Sequence record: SRR31156797_2598
Length of the DNA stretch: 64,000 nt
Direction: 5' to 3' (one strand)
Positions 38,870-51,252 of this stretch are shown here, piece by piece. Position 1 is the stretch's first letter; each line of letters begins with the position of its first letter. The translations under genes were made by a program, and so were the position numbers. The notes below the pieces were generated by a model, which had not been told where the DNA came from, ran no database searches, and was given only the letters and a program-made list of their open reading frames with translations.

Positions 38870-40318
38870 TTGTTTAAGTCAAAAGAGACTAACTCAAAAA
38901 AAGCAGTTCTGCTGATCTCAATGGTCAGCTATCTGATCATCGTACTTGATATATCGATAGTCATCACAGGACTGCCGGAGATAAAAGAGACACTAGGTTT
39001 CACACCTGTGGAGCTTTCGTGGGTGCAGAATGCATACCTGCTCTGCTTTGGAGGGTTTCTCCTGTTAGGTGCTCGTATGGGAGATATTTTAGGCAGAAAG
39101 CTGATGTTGATATGCGGACTTGCAGTTTTCACTGTGGCATCTCTGATAATAGCATCAGCAGACACACCTTTTATGCTGATAAGCGCCAGAGCCATTCAGG
39201 GGATAGGTGCTGCCGTGCTCGCCCCCACAGTCCTTTCCCTCATTTCGACCAACTTCTCGGAAGGGGTTGAGCGCAATAAAGCTTTTGCCCGCTATTCTAT
39301 GGTTGCCGGAGTCGGAGCCAGTCTGGGGCTTGTTCTCGGAGGTATACTGGCAGACAGAATATCATGGCGGGTAGGATTTTATATAAACGTTCCGATAGGT
39401 ATCGGGCTTATAACCGCCGCATGTATACAGCTAAAAGAATCTGAGCCCGTCAGAGGATCATTGGACATTGTCGGAGCTTTCACGTCAACGCTCGGTATGG
39501 GCGCACTTGTGTACAGCATAGTGCGCTCTGCTGAAACAGGATGGGGAGACTGGATTACACAGTCTATACTGGAGAGCAGTCTGCTGCTGCTTATCTTTTT
39601 TGTTATATACGAATCAAAGGTGAGTAACCCAATTATGCCTCTGCGGCTTTTTTCAAGCCGTATACGTGCTGGCGCATATATAGCCAGAATGCTTTTTCTC
39701 GGTGCTATGGTGAGCTTTTTCTTCTTTACCACACAGTTCTTGCAGGACGTGATGGGATTTTCGCCGATGGAAGCGGGGATAGGGTTTCTGCCGATGACAA
39801 TCCCCACACTTCTGGCAGCCATGTCTGTTTCTGCTGTTACAAAATATATAGGCAATGGCTTGATTATTACATTCGCTTTTATATTGATGGCTTCTGGCAT
39901 GGTCTGGCTTAGTTTCGCAGGCGTTAATGCTGACTATTTTACTGACCTTGCACTGCCTATGTTTCTGATAGGTTTAGGGAACGGAGCTGTCCTCGGACCT
40001 CTGACGGCCGCCGGAGTTTCTGGCGTGGAGGTGAAAGATCAGGGAGCGGCGTCAGGTCTTGTAAATGCTGCCCACCAGATCGGCGGAACACTAGGACTTG
40101 GCATCCTTGTTACGGTCTTTGCCGCTGCATATGATCCCCTCCTTACTGGAGAAGCCCTTCTCAGCCATCGTATTTCTAGTGCTATAGCAGGTGGGGCGGT
40201 AATGCTCTGTCTTGGGCTTATAGCAACTCTGTTTACGATAGTACCAGCCGAGAGAACAATAGTGATAAAATTAAACAAAGAACTCTGCCCTGTTCCGGCA
40301 GAGGACAGACGAATATAG
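38870..40318 (+). CDS. MFS transporter, DHA2 (14-TM) family
   Basis: LDISIV...LP, GARMGDILGRK and WR..F.IN.PIG motifs. Probable TTG start at 38870. Confidence 0.9.
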   Translation: MFKSKETNSKKAVLLISMVSYLIIVLDISIVITGLPEIKETLGFTPVELSWVQNAYLLCFGGFLLLGARMGDILGRKLMLICGLAVFTVASLIIASADTPFMLISARAIQGIGAAVLAPTVLSLISTNFSEGVERNKAFARYSMVAGVGASLGLVLGGILADRISWRVGFYINVPIGIGLITAACIQLKESEPVRGSLDIVGAFTSTLGMGALVYSIVRSAETGWGDWITQSILESSLLLLIFFVIYESKVSNPIMPLRLFSSRIRAGAYIARMLFLGAMVSFFFFTTQFLQDVMGFSPMEAGIGFLPMTIPTLLAAMSVSAVTKYIGNGLIITFAFILMASGMVWLSFAGVNADYFTDLALPMFLIGLGNGAVLGPLTAAGVSGVEVKDQGAASGLVNAAHQIGGTLGLGILVTVFAAAYDPLLTGEALLSHRISSAIAGGAVMLCLGLIATLFTIVPAERTIVIKLNKELCPVPAEDRRI

Positions 40319-40335
40319 TTTTTAAGGAGGACTTT

Positions 40336-41379
40336 ATGTCTAAAATATTGAAAGGAATCTTATCGTGGGCTCTGGCTCTGTGTCTGACAGTGGTTTTTAC
40401 AGCATCTGATGCTAAAGCAGAGCCTATGATGATTGCTGATCAGGGGAGCTTTTCCGCCGGAGGAACAGTCATAACAACGCCGGAGGGGAATACTCTCCAC
40501 GGAGATCATTTATATACCTTTTATCAGGTTCCGGTAAATGCCCGTAAACTGCCACTTATATTCTGGCACGGATACGGTCAGTTCTCCAAAACATGGGAAA
40601 CAACACCGGACGGCAGAGAAGGCTTTCAGAATATCTTCTTAAGGAAAGGCTTTACAACTTATCTGATAGACCAGCCGAGAAGGGGCAATGCCGGAAAAGC
40701 CACTGTAGACCACACCATAAAAGCGACACCAGACGAACAGAGATGGTTCAACATCTTCCGTGTGGGTGTATGGCCGAATTATTTTCAGGGTGTCTCTTTC
40801 CCAAAAGATAAAGAATCTTTAAATCAGTATTTCCGTCAGATAACTCCGGACACAGCTCCTATCAATTACGACATTAATACAGACGCAGTCGAGGCTCTAT
40901 TTGAAAAGACCGGAGACGGTATACTTGTAACCCACTCACACAGCGGCGGCATGGGTTGGCTCACAGTGCTTAAAAGTTCAAAGATCAAGGCTGTAGTATC
41001 TTATGAACCTGGCAGTGGTTTTGTTTTCCCTGAAGGGGAGGTTCCGGCAGAAATGCATAGCTCCGGCGGCTCGCTGAAAGGTGTGGCCGTAGCTATGGAC
41101 GAGTTCAAAAAGCTCACAAAGATTCCAATCATCATCTACTACGGAGATTTTATCCCCGCCAAACCGAGTGAAAGCTTTGGTCAGGATCAGTGGCGGATCA
41201 GGCTTGATATGGCAAAGCTTTTCAGAGATGCGGTTAACAAATACGGCGGAGATGTAACGCTTGTTCATCTGCCGGAGATAGGAATTAAAGGAAACACTCA
41301 CTTTCCGTTTTCTGACCTGAATAACATGGAGATAGCAGAACTTATGTACAAATTTCTCGAAGAGAAAAAACTTAATTGA
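40336..41379 (+). CDS. Exported alpha/beta-fold hydrolase
   Basis: Signal peptide; WETTPDGREG, DQPRRG, HSHSG nucleophile elbow and GNTHF. Confidence 0.85.
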   Translation: MSKILKGILSWALALCLTVVFTASDAKAEPMMIADQGSFSAGGTVITTPEGNTLHGDHLYTFYQVPVNARKLPLIFWHGYGQFSKTWETTPDGREGFQNIFLRKGFTTYLIDQPRRGNAGKATVDHTIKATPDEQRWFNIFRVGVWPNYFQGVSFPKDKESLNQYFRQITPDTAPINYDINTDAVEALFEKTGDGILVTHSHSGGMGWLTVLKSSKIKAVVSYEPGSGFVFPEGEVPAEMHSSGGSLKGVAVAMDEFKKLTKIPIIIYYGDFIPAKPSESFGQDQWRIRLDMAKLFRDAVNKYGGDVTLVHLPEIGIKGNTHFPFSDLNNMEIAELMYKFLEEKKLN

Positions 41380-41393
41380 AAGAGTAAAACAGA

Positions 41394-42245
41394 ATGAAAG
41401 AAGTAACACTGAACAATGGATTGAAGATGCCAATACTCGGATACGGGGTATTTCAGATAGCAGACAATAAAGAGTGCGAAAGATGTGTAGCTGACGCACT
41501 TGAAACAGGCTACAGGCTTATAGATACCGCCGCTTCTTACATGAACGAAGAGGCGGTGGGTAATGCGCTTTCATCCAGCGGTATAACAAGGGAACAACTG
41601 TTTATTACCACAAAGCTCTGGATACAGGATGCCGGATATGAAAAGACAAAAATAGCTTTCGAAAAATCACTGAAAAAGCTTAAGCTTGATTACCTAGACC
41701 TGTATCTCATCCATCAGCCTTATAGTGACGTTCACGGCGCATGGCGGGCTATGGAGGAGCTGTATAAAGAGGGTAGGGTCAGAGCTGTAGGTGTAAGTAA
41801 TTTTCAGCCTGACCGTGTGGTGGATATTATCATTCACAATGAAGTTGTCCCTGCTGTAAACCAGATAGAGACACATCCGTTCCATCAGCAGACAGAGACT
41901 CAGCAATTTCTGAAAGAGAATAATGTTCAAATAGAATCATGGGGCCCTTTTGCCGAAGGGAAAGACGGGATATTTGATAATGAGCTTTTGAAACAGATTG
42001 CAGGTAAGCATGAGAAATCTGTGGCTCAGATAATACTCCGCTGGCTGATACAGAGAAATGTTGTAGTAATTCCTAAAACCGTTAGCAAAACACGTATGGC
42101 AGAGAATATCGAAGTGTTCGGCTTTGAGCTGCCTGATAAAGATATGGCAGAAATAACAAAGCTGGACAAAGGAATCAGCAGCTTCTTTGATCATCGTGAC
42201 CCTGAAATGGTTAAGTGGCTTGGTAACAGAAAACTTGGGCTTTAA
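41394..42245 (+). CDS. Aldo/keto reductase (2,5-DKG reductase-like)
   Basis: [25 protein letters not shown] and IPK motifs. Confidence 0.95.
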   Translation: MKEVTLNNGLKMPILGYGVFQIADNKECERCVADALETGYRLIDTAASYMNEEAVGNALSSSGITREQLFITTKLWIQDAGYEKTKIAFEKSLKKLKLDYLDLYLIHQPYSDVHGAWRAMEELYKEGRVRAVGVSNFQPDRVVDIIIHNEVVPAVNQIETHPFHQQTETQQFLKENNVQIESWGPFAEGKDGIFDNELLKQIAGKHEKSVAQIILRWLIQRNVVVIPKTVSKTRMAENIEVFGFELPDKDMAEITKLDKGISSFFDHRDPEMVKWLGNRKLGL

Positions 42246-42248
42246 TAG

Positions 42249-43253
<1,005 letters not shown>

Positions 43254-43326
43254 AAACTGGAACTCTAAAGAGACATTAAGCAAATAGAACAATAGCTGAT
43301 TGAATACGTAAACATAAGGAATAGTA

Positions 43327-44550
<1,224 letters not shown>

Positions 44551-44655
44551 TAAGCACCAGAAAGTTAAAAGAGGCTCTGCCTCTCTAAAACAAGTAAAAG
44601 GATTATAAAATAAATAGTGCCCAAAGCGGTGACTAAAACCTCCTAGGAAACAATA

Positions 44656-45624
44656 ATGAAAGAAAATGACCAAAAAGCTCTGGAAACAGCTACAAAACCA
44701 ATGACAAGAAGATCATTTCTGAAAAAAGGAACCGCTTTGGGTGTGTCCTCTATAATGGCTGGTTCTGCCTTTGTACTGGCAGAGAAATGCGCATATGCCG
44801 CAGAGGGGATTCCGGATATTGTCGCTGTTAAAGGTGCTAATTATTTCAATAACACTGTAAGAGCTTTAGAAATGCTTGGCGGTATGAAAAAATATGTACC
44901 GAAAGGCGCAAAAGTTGCCATACTTGCGAACTCGCCATGGAAGCATCCCGGTAGCTACACATCCCCGGATGTAACTGCTGCTGTTGTGGACATGTGCTTC
45001 AAAGCTGGCGCCGGAGAGGTGGTCATGCTTAAAGACGAATCAAACTCATATTGGCGCAGAAGCAAAAATTATAAGAACTTTCCAGGCACAATAAACAGAG
45101 TCAGAGGAGCCAGAGGCGGATCAAAAAATGTATCAATTCCTGATGGTGTTTCTCTTAAAAGCACAAGGGTTGAAAGTGAAGTCCTTACTTGCGACGTTTT
45201 TATAAACGTGCCTATAGCCAAGGTACACACTGGGGTCAGATTCACCTGCAGTATGAAAAATATGATGGGACTGTCCTCTTACAGTTCCAACAGGTTTTTT
45301 CATCACGGCTCAGGAGCTTCCGGTTCATATGACGATGTGGATTTTCTCTCTCAATGCATAGCTGATCTGAATCTTGTGAGGAAGCCTGACCTGTGCGTTG
45401 TGGACGCCACAGAAGTTCTCATCACAAACGGCCCAAGCGGCCCGGGGCAGCTCGCAAAACACCAGATAGTTTTCGCAGGCACGGATAACGTAGCTGTGGA
45501 TTCATACGGAGCTACCCTTCTCGGATTAAAATATGATGAGATGCCCACAGTCCAGAAAGCATTTGCGCACGGCATGGGGCAATATGATCTTTCCAAACTG
45601 AACGTAAGAGAGGTCAAGATATGA
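44656..45624 (+). CDS. DUF362-family protein, Tat-exported
   Basis: TRRSFLK; INVPIAKVH, MKNMMG, GPSG and D.VA.D motifs. Confidence 0.85.
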   Translation: MKENDQKALETATKPMTRRSFLKKGTALGVSSIMAGSAFVLAEKCAYAAEGIPDIVAVKGANYFNNTVRALEMLGGMKKYVPKGAKVAILANSPWKHPGSYTSPDVTAAVVDMCFKAGAGEVVMLKDESNSYWRRSKNYKNFPGTINRVRGARGGSKNVSIPDGVSLKSTRVESEVLTCDVFINVPIAKVHTGVRFTCSMKNMMGLSSYSSNRFFHHGSGASGSYDDVDFLSQCIADLNLVRKPDLCVVDATEVLITNGPSGPGQLAKHQIVFAGTDNVAVDSYGATLLGLKYDEMPTVQKAFAHGMGQYDLSKLNVREVKI

Positions 45625-46478
45625 TCAGATATATTTTACTCGTAATGCTTGCGTTCAGCGCAAACGCCATTGCCGCTGATCTGAACAGCTTACTCCCTGA
45701 GAATCCGGCTGAGAGTAAATCATATGAAGGCGAAAACCTCTATATGATGATAGATGGCGGTGCGGATATATTCTTTGAATACGGGTTTATAAAAGCAATA
45801 CAAGCCTCCTATTACGATGACGAAGGGAGAGCCATTATGCTGGAATTATACGAGATGGAAGAGCCTTCAGCCGCATTCGGCATATATACCTCTAAAACCG
45901 GAAACGGCAAAAAAATAAAGCTTGGGGATGGAGGTCTGCTTGAAGACTATTACCTCAGCTTTTGGAAAGGAATTTACTTTGTAACCGTCATAGGATCAGG
46001 CGAAGATGAAAAGAGCCAGAAAGATATGATGTCTCTTGCTGAAGCGGTTGAAAATCATATGAGTGCTTCTGCTGGTCTTCCTGAGCTTGCTGAGAAAACC
46101 GGAAGGAAACTTTTTGGGGATAAAAAGATCAAATACGTCAAAGGCCCGCTGGGAGTTATGAATGAGTATGTTTTCTCCACAGAAGATATCTTTAAAGTGC
46201 AGGAAGGTCTTGTCGGAAAGATAGACGGAGTGAACACATTCCTTTTCAAATATCAGACAGCAGAAAACCGGGCAGATGTTCTGAAAGATGCTATAGTTAA
46301 ATTTAAATCAAATAAAAAGTATTCTGATTTCGAAAATCAGAAAGACGTATATATTATGAAAGACAGAGATGGAAACAACATAGCCATGACAGATGCAGGA
46401 AAATGTATAATTGTATGTGTCGGCACTGATAAAGATACGGTCATAAGCTCTTTGATAAAGAAGAAAACTTTGCTTTAG
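45621..46478 (+). CDS. Exported hypothetical protein (DUF6599-like)
   Basis: Signal peptide; LY..IDGGA..F..YGF and Y.M.....AFGIY motifs. Confidence 0.7.
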   Translation: MIRYILLVMLAFSANAIAADLNSLLPENPAESKSYEGENLYMMIDGGADIFFEYGFIKAIQASYYDDEGRAIMLELYEMEEPSAAFGIYTSKTGNGKKIKLGDGGLLEDYYLSFWKGIYFVTVIGSGEDEKSQKDMMSLAEAVENHMSASAGLPELAEKTGRKLFGDKKIKYVKGPLGVMNEYVFSTEDIFKVQEGLVGKIDGVNTFLFKYQTAENRADVLKDAIVKFKSNKKYSDFENQKDVYIMKDRDGNNIAMTDAGKCIIVCVGTDKDTVISSLIKKKTLL

Positions 46479-46487
46479 GAGGATCAG

Positions 46488-47390
46488 ATGGACAGACGGG
46501 ACTTTCTTAAGAAAACTGTTGCCGCAGGTGCAGCTGTAACGCTTGGTCAGTATAGCAAAATTATTGAGGCCTCACCGTTGGTTCCTTATGATCTAGTAGC
46601 TGTGAAAGGCGGTGAGCCTGATGTGATGTTCGACAGAGCCATGCAGTCACTCGGAGGCCTAAGTAATTTTGTCCCGAAAGGTGCGAGAGTGCTTGTTAAG
46701 CCTAATATCGGCTGGGACGTAGCACCTGAAAGAGCCGGAAACACCAACCCTCTGCTTGTGGGGCATATAGTGAAAAAAGCTCTTGAAGCTGGAGCAAAGG
46801 AAGTCACTGTTTTCGATCACTCCTGCGATCACTGGGTGCGGTGCTATAAAAACAGCGGAATTGAAAAAGCTGTGAAAGACGCAGGCGGCAAAGTAGTCTC
46901 CGGCGACAGCAGCAGCTATTACCGTAATGTTTCCATACCTCAAGGTGTTCGCCTGAAGGAAGCGGAAGTACATGAGCGTTATCTAGACAGCGATGTAGTG
47001 ATAAATGTCCCTGTTCTGAAGCATCACAGTTCGTCAATGGTAACCATAGGTATGAAAAACCTGATGGGCGTTGTATGGGATAGGTTCCATTGGCACAGAA
47101 ACGACCTCCATCAGTGCATAGCTGATTTTGCCACCTTTCGCAAGCCGGAACTGACCGTTGTGGATGCATTTAATGTCATGATGAGAAACGGTCCGAGAGG
47201 CGTTTCTGTGAACGATGTCAGCCAGATGAAATCCATGATAGTCTCAAAGGACCCTGTGGCTGCGGATGCTGCTGCTGCGATGCTTTTCGGAGCTGCCCCG
47301 GCGGATGTACGCCATATACAGCTTGCTCACGATATGAAGATTGGCTCTATGAATCTGAAATCTCTTAAAATTGACAGGGTAATAATATAA
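46488..47390 (+). CDS. DUF362-family protein, Tat-exported
   Basis: DRRDFLK; VKPNIGW, TNP, INVPVLKHH, MKNLMG and DPVAAD motifs. Confidence 0.9.
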   Translation: MDRRDFLKKTVAAGAAVTLGQYSKIIEASPLVPYDLVAVKGGEPDVMFDRAMQSLGGLSNFVPKGARVLVKPNIGWDVAPERAGNTNPLLVGHIVKKALEAGAKEVTVFDHSCDHWVRCYKNSGIEKAVKDAGGKVVSGDSSSYYRNVSIPQGVRLKEAEVHERYLDSDVVINVPVLKHHSSSMVTIGMKNLMGVVWDRFHWHRNDLHQCIADFATFRKPELTVVDAFNVMMRNGPRGVSVNDVSQMKSMIVSKDPVAADAAAAMLFGAAPADVRHIQLAHDMKIGSMNLKSLKIDRVII

Positions 47391-47393
47391 CAT

Positions 47394-48209
47394 ATGAAGT
47401 ATCTGAAACCAGCAAGGGTAATAGTCTCTTTAACATTTCTGATGCTTATCGCTGCGTCATTTCTCGATTTTCGTAATTTTGTTCCGGTTGAGATTACAGA
47501 CAGCGTGACATTCCTTCAGTTCGTACCATCTATGCTGAAACTGTCAGCAGGATTTTTGATAGTGCTGGCGGTCACTCTGTTATTCGGACGTATATACTGC
47601 TCGTCAGTATGTCCATTAGGTACATTACAGGACGTGTTATCTCACAAGAAAAAGCCAGAATACAAACTTTCTAAACCACATAACAAACTGCGATTCAGCA
47701 TGCTTGCGGTAAGTGTATTTACCTTCATAGCAGGTAGCTCTCTGATATTAAATCTGCTCGACCCGTTCAGCAGTTTCGGACGCATCTTTTCAAATCTTTT
47801 TCGCCCGCTTGTAATAATGCTTAATAATCTGACCGCACCGCTACTGGAGTCGAAAGGGATACTGTTTTTATACAGAGTTCAGCGGGGAGAGCCTATTGTC
47901 TTTTCGATAGTTTTCGCATCAGCTGTACTTGGTCTCATAGTCTGGCTCTCTCTGAGGCACGGCAGGCTCTACTGCAATAGCCTCTGCCCCGTGGGGACAC
48001 TGCTTGGTCTGGTCTCGAAGGTATCAGTTTTCAAGATTGCATTTGCAGATCACACATGCACAAATTGCGGCAAATGTGCAAAAGCGTGCAAAAGCCAGTG
48101 TATTGACATACAAGGCAAAGATGTTGATATGTCCAGATGTGTGAGCTGTTTTAACTGTTTTTCAGTATGTAATGACAATGCACTGCATTATAAAAGGGCT
48201 GCAAAATAA
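47394..48209 (+). CDS. NapH/MauN-like membrane 4Fe-4S protein
   Basis: TM helices, two GR.YC...CP.G motifs and two C-terminal CxxCxxCxxxC. Confidence 0.88.
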   Translation: MKYLKPARVIVSLTFLMLIAASFLDFRNFVPVEITDSVTFLQFVPSMLKLSAGFLIVLAVTLLFGRIYCSSVCPLGTLQDVLSHKKKPEYKLSKPHNKLRFSMLAVSVFTFIAGSSLILNLLDPFSSFGRIFSNLFRPLVIMLNNLTAPLLESKGILFLYRVQRGEPIVFSIVFASAVLGLIVWLSLRHGRLYCNSLCPVGTLLGLVSKVSVFKIAFADHTCTNCGKCAKACKSQCIDIQGKDVDMSRCVSCFNCFSVCNDNALHYKRAAK

Positions 48210-48907
48210 TGAAAACATCAAGAAGAAAATTTATGATAGACAGCTCAGCTTTCTTTGTCGCTGTTGTTCTGCCGGGGGCGGAAATTTCGCTTAAAGAGAT
48301 AAAACTCGGCAAGCCTACAACTGTTCCGGTTGTGATGACATCCCAAATATCGCCGCCTGGTTCGAAGAGTATCAGCAGCTTCACATCCAAATGCACAGCG
48401 TGCCACTTGTGCGTAAGCGCATGTCCTACCAGAGTACTCATCCCTTCGATAACAGAGTTCGGTCTGCACGGTCTGCTTCAGCCTCATATGGGTTTCGAAA
48501 GAGGGCACTGCAACTATGAATGCACAGTCTGCATAGATATCTGCCCCACAGGAGCTATTCAGCCTATAGATGTGGAAGAGAAAAAGCTCACACAGGTCGG
48601 AATAGCAAAATTCATTAAAGATAATTGTGTTGTTCATACAGATAAACTCGCCTGTGGAGCATGCTCCGAGCACTGTCCCACAAAAGCTGTTAAAATGATA
48701 CCTTACAAAAATGACGTGAATGATAATCTCACCATACCGGAGATGCACGAAAAAATCTGTGTAGGTTGCGGAGGCTGTGAATACGCCTGCCCTACCAAGC
48801 CTTTTAAAGCTATATATGTGGATGGTAATCCTGTGCATAAAAAGGCGGAGAAACCAAAGATTGAAAAGCTGAAACCTGTGAATCTTGAAGAGGACTTCCC
48901 TTTTTAA
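48209..48907 (+). CDS. NapG/MauM-like 4Fe-4S polyferredoxin
   Basis: SRRKF N-terminus, PPG motif and four Cys clusters. Confidence 0.88.
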   Translation: MKTSRRKFMIDSSAFFVAVVLPGAEISLKEIKLGKPTTVPVVMTSQISPPGSKSISSFTSKCTACHLCVSACPTRVLIPSITEFGLHGLLQPHMGFERGHCNYECTVCIDICPTGAIQPIDVEEKKLTQVGIAKFIKDNCVVHTDKLACGACSEHCPTKAVKMIPYKNDVNDNLTIPEMHEKICVGCGGCEYACPTKPFKAIYVDGNPVHKKAEKPKIEKLKPVNLEEDFPF

Positions 48908-48911
48908 ATGG

Positions 48912-49895
48912 TCAGTCTATGTTATTTAAATGTTTTTCCCAAAACTTAACAGCCTGATCAAGCCAGCCTTCGGCATCTGTCCCCGTACCCAGCCCGAATC
49001 CATGCCCTGCAGTTTTATATCTGTGGTATTCCACATCCACTCCGACCTTGCGCAGATTCTTAACCCGTATGTCTACTGAAGACACATTCACAATTCTGTC
49101 ATCTTCGCTCACTGATATGAATGATGGCGGGAAATCTTCCGAAAAGCTAGATTGCCCGGTATAGGCGATAACTGCCATTGACGGTTTAGGCAGGTTTGCA
49201 CCTCCGTACACCTCGACACCGCTGACAGAAATATTTCCGACCATTCTGGCACCTGCCGAGCCGCCCCAAAGAGAGTAGCCTTTTGTGCCTACGCCTAGAA
49301 TTTCTGCGTTTTCGAATATAAATGTCACTGCCGCAGCCAGATCCTCGGTCGCTTTCTGCTGAGAGCCTATCCGGTATCTTATGACAAATGCATTATACCC
49401 ATTCTTACTTATTTCTGATGCGAGTGGAAATCCTTCATGGAGTGAACCTACATAGGAAAAACCGCCACCAGGTGAAACAACGGCAAAGGGCGCACTTTTT
49501 TCACCACGAAAAAAGAAAAGACCGGTGTTCTCTTTTTCAGGGTCTTCCTGTTTCTGTTCTTCGCTGTAGTAATTGTAAAAGATGGTTTTACCACTGTTTG
49601 CTTCATTAATCATATGATTAAGACCACTCAAAACATCATCCGGTTTAATATGACTGTGGTAAGGCATGAGAGGTCTGAAGTTGCTTAACTGCAAGTTGAG
49701 ATAATAGATATCATCCTCTCTGGGGAATATAAGTCTGGCGAAACCTTTAAATGCGGGATGTTCCACCATGTCACGCACTGAATTTTCTGTTGTTAAAAGA
49801 GTATCACCTGGCATATCTCTCTTTTCTGCATAAAGGCTCACGCTGACAAGTGTCAGCATGAGCATAATTAATAACTTTATAAGTTTCGTTTTCAC
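48912..49895 (-). CDS. Exported alpha/beta hydrolase (esterase-like)
   Basis: PGGGF, WGGSAG and HGFGLG motifs. Probable GTG start at 49895 gives a signal peptide. Confidence 0.85.
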   Translation of the reverse strand: MKTKLIKLLIMLMLTLVSVSLYAEKRDMPGDTLLTTENSVRDMVEHPAFKGFARLIFPREDDIYYLNLQLSNFRPLMPYHSHIKPDDVLSGLNHMINEANSGKTIFYNYYSEEQKQEDPEKENTGLFFFRGEKSAPFAVVSPGGGFSYVGSLHEGFPLASEISKNGYNAFVIRYRIGSQQKATEDLAAAVTFIFENAEILGVGTKGYSLWGGSAGARMVGNISVSGVEVYGGANLPKPSMAVIAYTGQSSFSEDFPPSFISVSEDDRIVNVSSVDIRVKNLRKVGVDVEYHRYKTAGHGFGLGTGTDAEGWLDQAVKFWEKHLNNID

Positions 49896-49905
49896 ATTAT
49901 TTAGT

Positions 49906-50964
49906 TTATTTAAGTGTTTTACCATAAAACTGAATCAGTTTTGCCACTGCCTGATTCACGTATTCAGGTTTCCAATATGTCTGGATGTGTGTTGCGCCTT
50001 TGATCATAAACAGCTCTTTGTCGTTTGTTCCGTGGGCTTTTTCAAAAGCGTCCAGTGTCATATAAAGAGAATCTGCTATGTTTCCAGCTATCATCAGCAG
50101 AGGCTGATTAATCAGCTCCATATTAGTAGCCGCATCGAAATTCATAAGATCAAGCAGGCTACTCATAGTATACCTGAAAGTCGAGTTAGGGTGTGCGTGG
50201 GTTTTGTAATAATAGACATACCCTTCACGGTAAAGGTCGTAAGGGAGCTTCTCTATTTGCTCATCAGTAGGCATCCATGTGGCGGCGTAGATAATTTCAC
50301 CACCCGCTGCTTCCTGTGCCCTTGCATCTGATGCCTGCTTTAAACGTTTCTGTATAGTGTCCACCTGAGAACTCATATATCCGTTACGCCTTACAAGACC
50401 AGAGTTGAACATGCTTAAAGTGGCGACAGATTTAAACCTTTTGTCTGTCTGAGCGGCTTTAAGAGAATAACCGCCACCGCCGCATATGCCGAGAAGTCCC
50501 AGATTATTAACATCTACTCCGGCATACTGGGTTATGAAATCAGCCATACCTCGTATGTCTTCGATACGGTTTGCCGGTTTGTCCACATTGCGGGGCATAC
50601 CGCCGCTTGCTCCCTGATATGAGGCATCCGCTGCTATAGTGATGTATCCTGCCTCTGCCAAACGCTGAGCATAAAGTCCTGCGACCTGCTCTTTGATACC
50701 GCCGTTAGGGTGCGCCACCACTACAGCCGGATACTTTTCAGCCGGATTATAGTTTGCGGGGGTGTAGACGTTTGCGGCAATATCTAAGCCGTTCAGCTTG
50801 TAAGTGACAGGATGAATGTTTACTTTGCCTTTTACATTTTCTGTGATTGCGCCTGCATAGGTCAGGGTGAAAGGATTTTTGTTGTAGTCAGCCGCTACCG
50901 CTGTTCCTGATACAATGCAGATAACCGCCGCCAACATCATAGAACTGACAATTTTTAATTTCAT
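49906..50964 (-). CDS. Exported alpha/beta hydrolase (YcjY-like)
   Basis: Signal peptide; HPNGGIKEQ..G.YA..LA, GICGGGGY and GATH motifs. Confidence 0.88.
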   Translation of the reverse strand: MKLKIVSSMMLAAVICIVSGTAVAADYNKNPFTLTYAGAITENVKGKVNIHPVTYKLNGLDIAANVYTPANYNPAEKYPAVVVAHPNGGIKEQVAGLYAQRLAEAGYITIAADASYQGASGGMPRNVDKPANRIEDIRGMADFITQYAGVDVNNLGLLGICGGGGYSLKAAQTDKRFKSVATLSMFNSGLVRRNGYMSSQVDTIQKRLKQASDARAQEAAGGEIIYAATWMPTDEQIEKLPYDLYREGYVYYYKTHAHPNSTFRYTMSSLLDLMNFDAATNMELINQPLLMIAGNIADSLYMTLDAFEKAHGTNDKELFMIKGATHIQTYWKPEYVNQAVAKLIQFYGKTLK

Positions 50965-51034
50965 TCTGAAATCTCCTGTTTTGAAAATTTAATTTGATCC
51001 TTGAAATTAAAATATCACCTGACGTCAGAAAACA

Positions 51035-51072
51035 GGTAGACTGATACTCTGTGATTATTGCCTGATTCTACA
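51035..51072 (-). promoter_or_regulatory. Candidate AraC box upstream of the hydrolase pair
   Basis: Minus strand TGTAGAATCAGGCAATAATCACAGAGTATCAGTCTACC. Confidence 0.7.
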
Positions 51073-51126
51073 AAGAACACCAAAAGCCTACAGTTGCATT
51101 TTATCTGTAGGCGTGGGGATGGCATT

Positions 51127-51158
51127 AAGAAAAGCTCAGATTAAAGCTGGGCTTTTTT
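51127..51158. terminator. Intrinsic terminator, likely bidirectional
   Basis: AAAAGCTCAG-ATTAAAG-CTGGGCTTTTTT. Confidence 0.6.
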
Positions 51159-51252
51159 CGTTTAAACTAAAGGCACTATTTTTCATCTGCTAAAAAAATG
51201 TCTGATATATAGAATTTTGTATACTGATTCTGCAGGAATACATTAATTAAAA

